From NCBI RefSeq assembly GCF_018350175.1, contig NC_058368.1, forward strand, positions 152,770,001 to 152,834,000: 64,000 nt of DNA. The letters are read 5' to 3'. Source of the stretch: Felis catus. Its lineage: Eukaryota. Shown piece after piece: positions 1-12,637 of this stretch; within the stretch, counting starts at the first letter, position 1; every line of letters starts with the position of its first letter. Position numbers and translations under genes: made by a program. The notes beneath the pieces were generated by a model that saw only the letters and a program-made list of their open reading frames with translations, ran no database searches and was not told where the DNA came from.

Positions 1-141
1 CTAGAATCTTATATTATTGATAACAATTTATAAAGAATAAAATAAAAATTGAATATACTGCTATCATTCTATATTTAAAAACCTCTAAATCAATGACTTT
101 AATCCCTCTTTTAATACATTTTACCATTAAATATCTTCTAG

Positions 142-751
142 ATTCTGAGAAACCATGGAGCTCTGTCTCAAGTGACTTTGCTTTGGAGCATAGACTCTGA
201 TCCTGATGGTGATCTTGCCTTTACCTCTGGCAATGTCACATTTGAGATTGGGCAGAAGAGTGTCAACATCACAGTGGAAATACTTCCAGATGAAGATCCA
301 GAACTGGATAAGGCCTTCTCTGTGTCAATCATCAGTGTGTCCAGTGGCTCTTTGGGAGTTCACACTAATGCCACATTAACAGTTTTGGCTAGTGATGATC
401 CTTGTGGGGTCTTCATCTTTTCTGAGAAAAATAGGCCTATCAAAGTTGAAGAAGCAACCCAGAATATCACACTATCAGTGATAAGGTTAAAAGGCCTCAT
501 GGGAAAAGTCATAGTCACATATGCAACACTGGATGATATGGAAAAACCACCTTATTTTCCACCCAGTATAGCCAGAGCAACTCAAGGAAGAGACTATATG
601 CCAGCTTCTGGATTTGCTCTTTTCAGAGCCAATCAGAGTGAGGCAACCATAACTATTTCAGTTTTGGATGATGATGAACCAGAAAGGTCGGAGTCTGTGT
701 TTGTTGAACTCCTCAACTCTACTTTAATAGAGAAAGTACAGAATCGCCCAA
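142..751 (+). CDS. ADGRV1: ADGRV1 exon (~28), Calx-beta, ILRNHGALSQ...VQNRP
   Basis: ttctag acceptor, A|gtaagt donor, 610 nt, phase 0->1; ORF 172..759. Confidence 0.95.
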
Positions 752-2019
752 GTAAGTAACCACTAGTGTGTTTTTATTATTATTATTGAGGTAAGAATCC
801 TAAAATAATAAATTAAGAATTGGGTATAGCAGAAATTTCTCTAAAAATAGTAAGCTCTGACTCTGAAAGCATCATCATACAAAAGTTGACCTATAAGGCA
901 AATGGAAGTGGGACACTTGAAAACAAGAAGTCATGTTCTACAGGTCTCTAATGTTCCCAGACTAAATTTTTAAAAGCTTCTATGTAATCCTGTGCGAGTG
1001 ACCTTTAGTACTATTGTATTATGTATTACAGCTTCAAAATCATTCTAGAATTAATCTGGGGATTTCAGGGACAGTCCTGGTAGTAAGTAAGATCCTGAGC
1101 CTCCCTCACTTTGATCCACTCTGGAAGATTCCCTAACTCATGTAGCCTCTTTGGTGATGAGTATGTAGATCCAGCAACTGCATGAGGGGAGGGGGACAGG
1201 ATTGTGTAGCAGTAAGAAATCCTGTAAATTTGTGAGTCACTGAGAGTTGAGAAGAAGGCACTAGTTAGGGATAAGAATGAGGAGTGACGCACGTTGGGCA
1301 GAGGATCTGGTGCAGCAACTTCTTTTGAAAAGTAGCAGCCACTCCCCTTGGGGTTGTGGCTCAGTGGCTTTGTAGAGAGTCTCGTGGCTACTTGTAGAGA
1401 GCATGCCTGATGCTTGCAGAGCTGAAAGCGGTTATTGTGTTAATATCTCTCTAAGCGGCCATGTAACTTTTAGAAACGTGTTTTTAAATAAAGAGAAAAA
1501 TCTAGAATTCCTGAAATAAAGGAACAAGGAAGATTAGTGACATTAATTTGGTATTAATTTAACATCAGTTTTATGGCAATATTTATAAGAAAACAAAACC
1601 TTCTTAAGGAAGCTAGAATTACATATTCCAAAAGTAATATTCCAAGAGCTACATGTTGACTGTGTTTTGCCATATAAATTAAGTTTTCTCATAAATAAAT
1701 TTCTTCACCTTACTGTAATACCTAGATGGATATACTGTATAGTGAGCAGCATTCTTGTCCACAATGTAAGTAATTGTAGTCCAGGATTATAGAAGGAAAT
1801 TTACTTTATAGGACAACTGCTCACATTAAATGTTCAGATTACAGTCAAGGTTAAAATTCTCACACAATACCCCATCCCTTTTTTTCTTAACAAGATTTAA
1901 GATTAGTTAAAATTTGTAATACAACCCAGTGATTAATCTTATTAATTAAGAATTTAAAAAATGCCTTGTTTTCAAGGAACTCACAGTTTATTGAATAAGA
2001 CAGAAATAAACCTGGAAGG

Positions 2020-2230
2020 GAGTATCACAGTGGTAGCTAGGGCCTGGGCGTTGGTGTTAAGAGAACTTATATTCCAATGTACAGTAATGAACTATTGGGC
2101 ATAATCTTTTTGTGGCCCCCAGTTTCCTTACCTATTGTACAGAAATATCATGGGACTTAAATACAATAATATATGTGAAAATGAATACAGTGTCTGGCAC
2201 CTGGTAAGCATTCAGTAGGTATGAACAGTT
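2020..2230 (+). mobile_element. MIR fragment
   Basis: Degenerate MIR core (ccccagtttccttacctat) and 3' end (acagtgtctggcac..gtaagcattcagta). Confidence 0.6.
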
Positions 2231-2679
2231 ATTGTTAATAGCATGGTATATGCAGAATATCAATGTGCTGTAGGATGGGAGAAACAATCACTCTGTGTTT
2301 TATGTTTGATATGTTCCTGGAACCAGGCAGCATACTTGGGGCAACTCACAATAGGTGTAAGATATGATGTGAAATAATTAAAGAACAATTAAATGCAAAT
2401 CTGTGTGATAGTGACTAAATTTTAATAGACAAAATCAGTGTAGGACCCAGCAGGGTCTCTCTTGCTGTGCTCTGCGTATACTCATTAATTTTGAGGAGAG
2501 CAGTAAGACAAGAGGTGATCAGCACGTGGGTAAGAGCATAGTGCAGAATGAACAGTTGTGGGTAATTGAGGGTTTTATACCTGGTTTGATGTGGAATTGT
2601 CTGTGGGGAATGAGAGATTTAGACAGACCCTTACAGGATGCCTCTTGATGTGTCCGCCAAGTGCTAGCATGATATGTGA

Positions 2680-2810
2680 CTTCCTCCCCATCTTTGTGCC
2701 TCTGATTCCTCATCTGTAAAATGTGGACAATGTTAGCTGCCCCATAGAGATGGTGTGGGGATTAAATAACTTGATACAAGAAAAGTGCTTAAAACAATGC
2801 CAGGCAAATT
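2680..2810 (+). mobile_element. MIR fragment
   Basis: tctgattcctcatctgtaaaatg MIR core. Confidence 0.65.
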
Positions 2811-3871
2811 CTTGCCTAATCTAGTTGAATTTAATTATATTATATTGATTCATTATCAATAAATCATTATTTTTGATTTTGATTTTAACTGTGATACAAT
2901 TTAGCATGGTCTTGGCCTATACCACTGACATTAAATGGTGTTATTGTTTTTAGATTAAATTCTCAGAAAATGTTAAATTTTATTATTATCACACACATCC
3001 AAGTACTACAATCGTTAGAGAGTTTAAATACCAACTCAAAATTGTTTACTGCTAGTTAAGAGTTTGTTGATGCTTTGTGTTGAAAGGTCTCTTGTTATGT
3101 AGTTTTGTCAAGGGTGCTGGTTGAAATTGAACCTAGAAAATAAATTAGGGAGGGTTGTGGAAGGTCCTGTGTTTAAAATCAGGGGCAGGTGAGAAGAAAG
3201 CCTTGAAAGTACTGAGCACAACTGATTGAATCAGTGTTAGACAGCATTGAGGCTGACTGCTTTCTGGCCAAGGTAGTTGAGTGAGTGTTAACTGAGAGGG
3301 GGCAGAGAGGAACAGGTTTGTGAGCAAGGGCAGGGACACAGAGAGGCAGTAATTTAATTAGAGAATGATGATTTGCAGCTGGTCTTTGAGGGCACGAAGC
3401 TTAATTACTTTCTTACTCAATTTTGTAACTGAAATGCTGTTTTTAAAAAAATTTTATGGCATGCTGGTAACTAATTAGAAGAGCATAATTCTGTAGGTGT
3501 CATCATTATCTGTTTTAATATTATGCAAAGTGATGATTAGTCACACTCGAACCATTTTTTGCCTTTTGACAAATTTCCAATACTTATTAAATTATTCCTG
3601 CAGGGTGACGATTCCTCTGCTAGAGATTCTATAATAAAAATCTCTCTAGAATATAAAGCTAAAAGAGAGTAGGGACTTTCTGTTTAATTTATTTTTGTTT
3701 CCCTAGTGTCTAGATGAGTGTCAGTACATAAGAGTCAGTAAATGTTTTTTGATATACATAGTAGAGAAAATACCAAATGAAGCTCTCATTTGGCTGATCT
3801 TGCTGCTGAGGCTTCCTGGTAACTTTTGGCCAGTTTGTAGAATTTTGATACATTAGCTTTTCTTCTTTCAG

Positions 3872-4087
3872 TTCCAAATTCCCCACGCCTTGGGCCTAAG
3901 GTCGAAACCATTGCTCATCTAATCATCATTGCCAATGACGATGCATTTGGAACTCTTCAGCTCTCGGCACCAGTTGTTCGAGTGGCAGAAAATCACGTTG
4001 GACCCATTATCAATGTGACTAGAGCAGGAGGAGCATTCGCAGATGTTTCTGTGAAGTTTAAAGCCGTGCCAATAACTGCAGTGGCGG
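3872..4087 (+). CDS. ADGRV1: ADGRV1 exon (~29), IPNSPRLGPK...PITAVA
   Basis: tttcag acceptor, G|gtgaga donor, 216 nt, phase 1->1, open frame. Confidence 0.95.
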
Positions 4088-4802
4088 GTGAGAAGAGACA
4101 TCCAAGGAGCAGTGAAGTGTTTTAGAGGGAAATTATATTCTTAATTAACAAAGCCACTTAGAGATGTAGTGAGAAAAATCAACTAGAAAACAATAGTTCT
4201 CTTGCATCTTTTTAAAGGCATAAATGTAGAGCTTTTATCATGCATTTATGGCACCAGTTTTGCAGAATTCTTGAGAAATGTTAGCAAAATTATATATGAA
4301 TTTTAAAGTTAAAATGACCAAAATATGCACATACCAACGAAAAGTAAACTAAGGAAAATATTGTTAGGCTTTCTCTATCTGTACTTTTTAGTTTTTTGAA
4401 AGGGATTCATGTGTAAATGATCCTGAGGAATGCAGGATAAAATGTGCAGCCACATGATTGCAGTGCTTGGCAACAGTCTTGACTCTCAACCCATTTATCT
4501 TGCTTGTTTATTTATTTATGAAGAATGTGGAAGAGGCAATGGCTTGCATTAACTATTCTGGGTAAGCAAAATGATTTCATTGCCAAATGCAAGCATTAGG
4601 GGACTGACTTTTTTGTTGGTGCAGATACAGCATCTAGATGGAGATTTGCCAGAGAGCTATTCAGTTAGAATCTTTCTAGCATGCACTCAGAGGAACGGGC
4701 GTGTGAATGGACAGGATAACATGCTTGACCTTTTGAAATAAATCATTTGGATATGATATTTGCTTGAAAAGGTAATAAACAAGGCTCACTTAGTTCCTAA
4801 GT

Positions 4803-4803
<1 letters not shown>

Positions 4804-4848
<45 letters not shown>

Positions 4849-4870
4849 CATGTGTGTGTGCATATGTGCG
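4804..4870. repeat. (TG)n microsatellite
   Basis: About 20 perfect TG units plus a degenerate tail. Confidence 0.95.
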
Positions 4871-5614
4871 CATGTGCACACGTATATCTTAGGTAGTCTG
4901 ACTGAGGAATACCTGACTGTCTATACAGGGCCTTACATATTGACAAACAGTGGGGATGAATCAGTGTTCTAGGAAATTAGCCCTTAGGCTTCATAAGAAG
5001 ACTCTCTCCTTTCCCTACCCAGGCTTTGACCAGGAACAAAGCTCCTGCCATCCTGAGCAGTATGCAGTAGCAGCTTTTAATCCAGTTTTATAGGAAAGCC
5101 CATAGTTTCCAGCTGTAACATTGATAATGCAGACATGCCTGTATCTGTACACAGTATAATTTCTTTCTAGTGAGGTCAGAATTCTAGTTCTCTTTTTCGT
5201 TTTAAAAGTATTGTACACATTTTCTTTTGCTTTTGTAGATAAGGGGCTATCTTGTGGTAATGGATGACTGTGTATCTTTGTCTGAGTCCCTAGCCATATC
5301 ATCTCTTTTGTCTGTATTGACATTTATGTCTGTAGTGACAAATAGAAGAAATTATGTATGCATTTTACTAAAAGGGAAAGGATAAACTTGAACATCTTTT
5401 GGACGTCTTTTTCATTATTTTATGATCTCAAACCCATTTTTTTCTGGGAAGAGAGGTAAAATCATTTTGTTTAGAGTATATGTAGTCATTGTCCTTAAAA
5501 AAGCTTTACAAGTATGTCCGTGAAATTTGATACATCATAATATTTCACTAGTATATGGCATGTTTATTACCATATTAGGGAATTGTCTTAGCATTTTGCT
5601 ATTTATCTTTATAG

Positions 5615-5830
5615 GTGAAGATTATAGCATAGCTTCATCGGATGTGGTCTTGCTAGAAGGGGAAACCAGTAAAGCTGTGCCAATATACATCATTAATGAC
5701 ATCTACCCTGAACTGGAAGAATCTTTTCTTGTGCAACTGCTGAATGAGACAACAGGAGGAGCCAAATTAGGGGTGTTAACAGAGGCGATCATTATCATTG
5801 AGGCCTCTGATGACCCCTATGGATTATTTG
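5615..5830 (+). CDS. ADGRV1: ADGRV1 exon (~30), GEDYSIASSD...DDPYGLF
   Basis: ttatag acceptor, G|gtaacc donor, 216 nt, phase 1->1. Confidence 0.95.
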
Positions 5831-6469
5831 GTAACCAAACTAGTTTTAACTCATTGATATAGATCATACATTTCTTTCTTTTTAGGGACTTAGGATTAAT
5901 TTGATTATGTTTCTCTTTTTAACCTGCTGTTACTGATAACATAGGATACCTGTACACCCTCACTCACAGTGCTTAGTGGTTATTAAAAGGAATCAACGTC
6001 TTAGCATAAATATGTAAGGGACAAACTTTTAGGCTTTTAAGTCCGATATGACCTCGAGATGTGTTTTGTGGATCTTAGACAATTTTTTCAAAAATTAACT
6101 TAAAGAAATTTACACAAAAGTTTGGATTTCTGGGCTTTCATGATTAGCAGGAAATCTGACAACACTGAGCCTCCTTTCCTGCATAGCATCAGTTGTGGGT
6201 ACAAACTAACAGCTGCCTCTTTGATCCAGGCTTCTGCTGTGCAATTAGCCACAGAACTTAGTAGACCCACTTCACTCATGACTGGTATATGCCTGGCCCT
6301 GTGGGATCCTGAGTTTGTGGTTTCTGTTTCTATCATAGAGAACAATAATTTGGAAATTTTGAAATTCTGCTTAAGGGAAAAAAAGAATCAACTATAGGGT
6401 AATAATGGTTAGCTCTGTGTTGCCTCAGTTTAACTTTGTATTTGAAATGAACTCTGTTCTGCCCTTCAG

Positions 6470-6714
6470 GTTTTCAGATTACTAAACTTATTGTAGAGGA
6501 ACCTGAGTTTAACTCAGTGAAGGTAAACCTGCCAATAATTCGAAATTCTGGGACACTCGGCAATGTTACTGTTCAGTGGGTCGCCACCATTAATGGACAG
6601 CTTGCTACTGGTGACCTGCAAGTTGTCTCAGGTAATGTGACCTTTGCCCCTGGGGAAACCATTCAAACCTTGTTGTTAGAGGTCCTGGCTGACGACGTTC
6701 CGGAGATCGAAGAG
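6470..6714 (+). CDS. ADGRV1: ADGRV1 exon (~31), GFQITKLIVEE...DDVPEIEE
   Basis: cttcag acceptor, GAG|gtgaga donor, 245 nt, phase 1->0. Confidence 0.95.
6629..6637 (+). promoter_or_regulatory. Internal alternative 5' splice site (CAG|gtaatg), VLGR1c-type
   Basis: Lies exactly 83 nt upstream of the main donor; use gives ...SGYPSAAN-stop (TGA 7967-7969). Confidence 0.75.
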
Positions 6715-7946
6715 GTGAGAGGAATGGCTAGTATAGAATGACACTGTAAATCATACCTTGTCTTATAGTGACTAGAACAGATGGCTCTTATTGTGGCATT
6801 TATAGAGAATGTCAAGTTAATTATTTCTACAAGAATTTTCAAAGTATGGTAGTGATTTTTACAGATAACAAAAGCAAGAATATTCTAGAAAAAGTTCTTG
6901 TACATATTGCATTTTATAAGTTTTTTGTGCAATTACATTGTATTTTCAACATTTTCATTGAATGATTAAATATACATATTTATAGATTTAACATGTATAT
7001 TTATACATTTTTCCATATAAACTGTTAATCTGTTTGTATCTAGATTCCCTTTTAGCTTGAGTGCTAGCCAGTTGATGTTAATTAAATTTAGATTTTGATT
7101 TTCTACTTCTTTATTCTTTAATAGTTTTGAGAATTTAGTATATGGCAGATACCACGTTAGACATATCTACCTGATATTTCATGGTAAATAAGCTAGGTGG
7201 CAAATAAAAATAGAGCTTCAGTGGGAAAGTTGGTTCATTATTAATATATATTAGCTAAAGATAATTTTATATTATGAAATTCAAGTATTATTAAAGCCTA
7301 GGTCTCATTAAATTACTTCTAATGGCATTTATTCTGTAATAGAATCAGATTTTTATAGAAAGGAAGTCCATAACATTTCACTTGAGTGATAATTATGTCA
7401 TTATTCAGTTCTAAAATATTGGATATTAGTTAATACAGATAAAACATTTCTCTTTCCTTCTCTCTAAATTAGGTGGCATTATGATATGATGTCTTTTGTT
7501 TTAAATTTTGTTAGAGAATTTCCATTTAAGATAATGTGGAAAATAAAGCATAATAGATTACTTATAAAACATACATGCAATGTTTTCCCTAAATAAAAAA
7601 AAATGTATATAATGAACATAAAATGTATTACTGAAATGGTAACTGTAAACAAGGATCTAAAAATTGACTCCCAAGATTATATTACTGAATATTAAGGAAT
7701 TTAAGTAGCCTGTGTTTATTATATATAATTGTGCTTTATTATTAAAAGTTGATAATGGATTGTTCTGTTACATGTTGGGTTTATAAATGTAATGGGAGTT
7801 TCTTTGAGTCCATTCATATTACATTATATTTTGTCCTTGTTTTTGTATGGATTATATGTTTGATTCCCCCTCCTCTCCCACTGCATCATTGTTATTTTAA
7901 TTTCAGAACTGGGATTCTGTTAAGGAAATTTTCACTGTATTTTTAG

Positions 7947-8128
7947 GTTATCCAAGTGCAGCTAACTGATGCCTCTGGTGGAGGTACTATTGGGTTAGAT
8001 CGAGTGGCAAATATTATTATTCCTGCCAATGATAATCCTTATGGTACAGTAGCCTTTGTTCAGTCGGTTTATCGTGTTCAAGAGCCTCTGGAGCGAAGTT
8101 CCTGTGCTAACATAACTGTCAGGCGAAG
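7947..8128 (+). CDS. ADGRV1: ADGRV1 exon (~32), VIQVQLTDAS...NITVRR
   Basis: ttttag acceptor, AG|gtatat donor, 182 nt, phase 0->2. Confidence 0.95.
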
Positions 8129-8915
8129 GTATATGAACTAATGGCTTCTGTCTGTGGGGGGGATGGGGCTTGTGGGTGGTAGGAAGTGACCTCTTGTGCA
8201 ATTAAATAATTTAGGTTTTGTGGTTATTATAAAATATAAATTATTTTCTAGGTTATGGTAATTTTTTAATTGAATTATGCCTATTAATATGAAGAACCCA
8301 ATATATTTATCATACCTATTCTTAGTGAAATGGATAATAGATTATACATCATTGGGCTTTCTAACCACAGAAAGTTACTGCTTTAATCTCTGGTTTTTTT
8401 GAATTAGAACTTAAATACAACTAGCTTCCAAATTAAAGAATATTCAGATGCTGTATGAAGTGGTTGTGTTTTCTGCATGTGTGTGTGTGAGGCAGCATAC
8501 AGTTCACCGAGCTCCTTCAGAAATAGAAAAATGAGGTGTTGGGAATTTGTGGCAAGTAATTACATTTCCTTAAAATGAACTCATGCCATTATCGGTATTA
8601 CTTTGTTTCTGTGAAATCTGGTAATGAAAATTCATTTTCTAATTCTGTTCAATAATTCTGAAATGGATATGATTTGGCTATCTTTGAATAGCTTGGTTAA
8701 GAGTAACTATTGTTTAATTGCAAACCAGCAGGATCCCTTACATGAGAAAGTAAAATGTTGAATGATAAATATAATTAAGAAACATGGTTGCATTTGTACT
8801 ATTACTTTTACGCTTAAAAAAAGTAAAAACTCCAGTCAGTATTTTCCTTTTCTAATTAATCCACAGATTGCTTTGAGTGCTTAACCTGTCTTTTAATTGT
8901 CACTCCATGTTTTAG

Positions 8916-9727
8916 CGGAGGGCACTTTGGTCGGCTGTTGTTGTTCTACAGTACTTCTGATATTGATGTAGTGGCTCTTGCGGTGGAGGAAGGTCAAGAT
9001 TTACTGTCCTACTATGAATCGCCAATTCAAGGGGTGCCTGACCCACTGTGGAGAACTTGGGTGAATGTCTCTGCAATGGAGGAACCCCAGTATACCTGTG
9101 CCACTTTGTGTCTCAAAGAACATGCATGCTTGGCATTTTCATTTTTCAGTGCTTCTGAGGGCCCCCACTGTTTTTGGATGACATCATGGATCAGTCCATT
9201 GGTTAACATCTCAGACTCCTGGACCTACAGGAAAAACATGACAAGGGTAGCATCTCTGTTTAGTGGTCAGGCTGTGGCTGGGAGTGACTATGAGCCTGTG
9301 ACAAGGCAATGGGCCATAATGCTGGAAGGTGATGAATTTGCAAATCTCACAGTTTCTATTCTTCCTGATGATTTCCCAGAGATGGATGAGAGTTTTCTAA
9401 TTTCTCTCCTTGAAGTTCACCTCATGAACATCACAGCCAGTTTTGAAAACCAACCAACCATAGGACAGCCAAATACTTCTACAGTTGTCATAGCATTAAA
9501 TGGTGATGCCTTTGGAGTGTTTGTGATCTACAGTATTAGTCCCAATACCTCAGAAGATGGCTTATATGTCGAAGTTCAGGAACAGCCCCAAACCACAGTG
9601 GAGCTGATGATCCTCAGGACGGGGGGCAGCTTAGGTCAGGTGATAGTCGAATGGCGTGTTGTTGGTGGAACTGCTACTGAAGGTTTAGATTTTGTAGGTG
9701 CTGGAGATATTCTGACTTTTGCTGAAG
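8916..9727 (+). CDS. ADGRV1: ADGRV1 exon (~33), SGGHFGRLL...ILTFAE
   Basis: ttttag acceptor, AAG|gtaagt donor, 812 nt, phase 2->1; ORF 8938..9735. Confidence 0.96.
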
Positions 9728-11032
9728 GTAAGTGATGGTTGTAAATGAGGTTTGGTTTCCCCTGGTAAATTCATTCTAGTCAATTTTTATGAAAATGTTC
9801 ATAAGAATTCTTACTGTGTAGATTGTTGCTAATATATGAAAGTGCAGTATGGTTTAAAAAAGAAGTTAGCTTGTTAGTAGTTGACATGGCATATGTAGAG
9901 TGACTTGTATCTCTTAGTTTATTCAAAAAAGATTTTCAGGGAATGTGTGTATCTTATTCCTTTATAGTTACAGCAGTACCTTTAAGGAAACAGGCAACTC
10001 TAAGGCAAGTTCTAATTTTGTAAGGGAAATTACCAAATTTCATACTATTTAGGCATGAAGATTTATCCTGATTTTTCTAGTACATATTAAAAAGCTTCTC
10101 AGTTAATACTCATTTTCCTATCTATCAATACTTCTTACCTATGAGAATTTTCAATGAAAATAATTTGTAAGTATAAACAGTATGAACTTTGATGACTTCA
10201 TTGGTATTAAATTAAGCCTAGTGATAGAACAGCTTATAATAATGTTCTTAGGCTTGGATGGGATAACTTGTAAATTTTCATGAACAATATAATTATAGGT
10301 AACTTGGCCAACACATTAGAATTAGGGTTGGATTCATGGGTTTTCTTTTTCAGGTCTAATTGAATCATGATATTTAGGTTTGGAATGTTTAGATGTTAAA
10401 ATAATTATCTTTGGGTGGGAGAAAGATATCTTTATTAAGATCATTGTTTAAATCCTGATTTGGGCAATTATAGATTCCATATAGTTTTTAGCATAGAGTT
10501 TGCCTGAATGAAAAAATGAACACTTAAAAAAGCCTCGCAATATACAAAAAAAATGAAGGAAATAAATATTATTCACAATTCCATGTATTAGAGCAATTGA
10601 TTACATCTTTTGTTGTTTAACTTTTTTGCATATACTGTTTTTGGAAACAGTAATTGGAGGTCATGATCATGATGCATATGTAGTATACTTTTTGACATAT
10701 CTAATAAGCATTATGTTTTAATTTTAAAGATAAATTTTAAAAGTAAATTTTAAAAATAAATTTTAAAAGTAAATTATTAAAATTTAAAAGTAAATTTTAA
10801 AAATAGTACATCACATTTCTATAACGGTTATTTCCTAGTAAATGATTTTGGAAATAATGGAATATGATATGCTTGGTGGAGTGGGGACCACAGGTTGGTA
10901 ATTGGTAACATTTCTCCTTATTTCAAAGGAAATAATGAAAACATAATGAGGATGACTGGAGATGAAAATTTAAAGTTAGATTTTCCAGCAGCTTTAGTAA
11001 CTACAGAGAAAGTTATATAAAGTAATAGCATT

Positions 11033-11217
11033 GGGGCGCCTGGATGGCTAAGTGGATTAAGCGTCTGACTCTTGATTTTGTTGTCATGATCTCTTGGTTG
11101 TGAGATCGAGCCCCACATTCGCCTCTACACTGGATGAGGAACCTGCTTAAGATTCTCTCTCTCCCTCTCACTGTGTCCATCCACCACTCATTCTCCCCCC
11201 CACCAAAATTTAAAAAG
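11033..11217 (+). mobile_element. Can-SINE (older subfamily)
   Basis: ggggcgcctggatggct head, tRNA-like body, CT-rich segment, A-rich tail. Confidence 0.85.
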
Positions 11218-12129
11218 TAATATACAAGTTAGTATTACCTTGAATTATAATTTTAGCATCACACAAAATGGACTATATTTAATATCTAACCCAGATTCTT
11301 AGATAATCTGTAGCCTCTTGAGGCAGTCATGATACTGTGAATTGATGAAATGTAACAGGGTCATGAGAGAACATGCATTCGTATCCCCTTTCTCCTTTTT
11401 CCTGCCTTTTCTCATCTCACCCTTTCATCCTCTTTCCAGAAAGTGGTAAAGAATTAGGTGGAGGAAAATAGGCTGAACTACAGAAGCCGTGTCATGTTTA
11501 GAGGTGTTCAGTGTTGCTCCATGCACACTTGTGAGATCCTAGTGCAAATGGGAAAATAGATTGCTTGAGCCTTGCCATTGTTACACAGCCCTCTGAATTC
11601 CTCTTTTGCCGTTTTCCTTCATTTCCCCACCTCTTGGAAACTGATATTTGATGCTGTCATCTAGTTATCCAAAGACTCATCTCCTTCAGGCTGGTTCTTT
11701 TCACTCAGAATTTGCCAGCCCTTTTCTGTTTGCCACTCTTTGACTGCTATTTCCTAAGTGTTCCTAGTCTTTTAGGGAGGTATTGGCTTGATTACCTAAA
11801 GAAAATTATTCACAGCAATGCCAGAATGAGAATGAGACTCCACTCACCTAGAGAGAGAGGTGTTTCTGAAAGAACATGCTTTAGAAATCCTTTCCCTGGC
11901 TAGGTCATTGTTCTAGGCAAAGACCGGGAATAAAAATGTGAGTCTTTGAAATAATTCTACCCTTTAAAATTTTTTTCCATAATTCAAAATGTCCTTCTCC
12001 GCAATCTGTCCATGTTAATAAATTTTACAGGGTTTTATATGTGAAAGGATATACAGATTAACATACAACTTTTGCTTATAGTGGCACTAATACTGTTCAT
12101 GATATTCACTTACATGTTTTTACTTAACT

Positions 12130-12328
12130 TTTTAAAAATGTTTGTTTGAGAGTGAAAGAACTTGAGCAGGGAGGGGCAGAGAGAGAGAGGGGGAGAGAGA
12201 ATCCCATGCAGCCTCCGTGTTGCCATTGCAGAGCCCAAGACGGGGCTCCGTCTCCTGGATGGTGAGATCATGACCTGAGCCTAAATCAACAGTTGGATGC
12301 TTAACCGACTGAGCCACCCAGGTTCCCC
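12130..12328 (-). mobile_element. Can-SINE (SINEC_Fc-like)
   Basis: Reverse-complement head gagccacccagg..cccc, (GA)n, T-rich tail. Confidence 0.9.
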
Positions 12329-12427
12329 TTACCTTTTTAAAATGGAAGTAATTTGGGACTTTCATGAATTCTGTATGTTGGTGATTTTGTTACTTCGGTT
12401 TTTATTGTACTAATTTTTTTTTAATAG

Positions 12428-12637
12428 GTGAAACCAAAAAGACGGCCGTCTTAGCCATTTTGGATGATTCTGAGCCAGAGGATGATGAAAGCATCATAGT
12501 TAGTTTGGTGTACACTGAAGGGGGAAGTAGAATTTTGCCCAGCTCCAGCACTGTTAGAGTGAATATTTTGGCCAATGACAACGTGGCGGGAATTGTTAGC
12601 TTTCAGACAACTTCGAGATCTGTCATAGGCCATGAAG
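12428..12637 (+). CDS. ADGRV1: ADGRV1 exon (~34), GETKKTAVL...SVIGHE
   Basis: aatag acceptor, AAG|gtgggt donor, 210 nt, phase 1->1. Confidence 0.95.

Noticed and set aside
10725..10805. aaataaattttaaaagt-like repeats with palindromic character
   Set aside because: Low-complexity AT tract; self-complementarity follows from composition.
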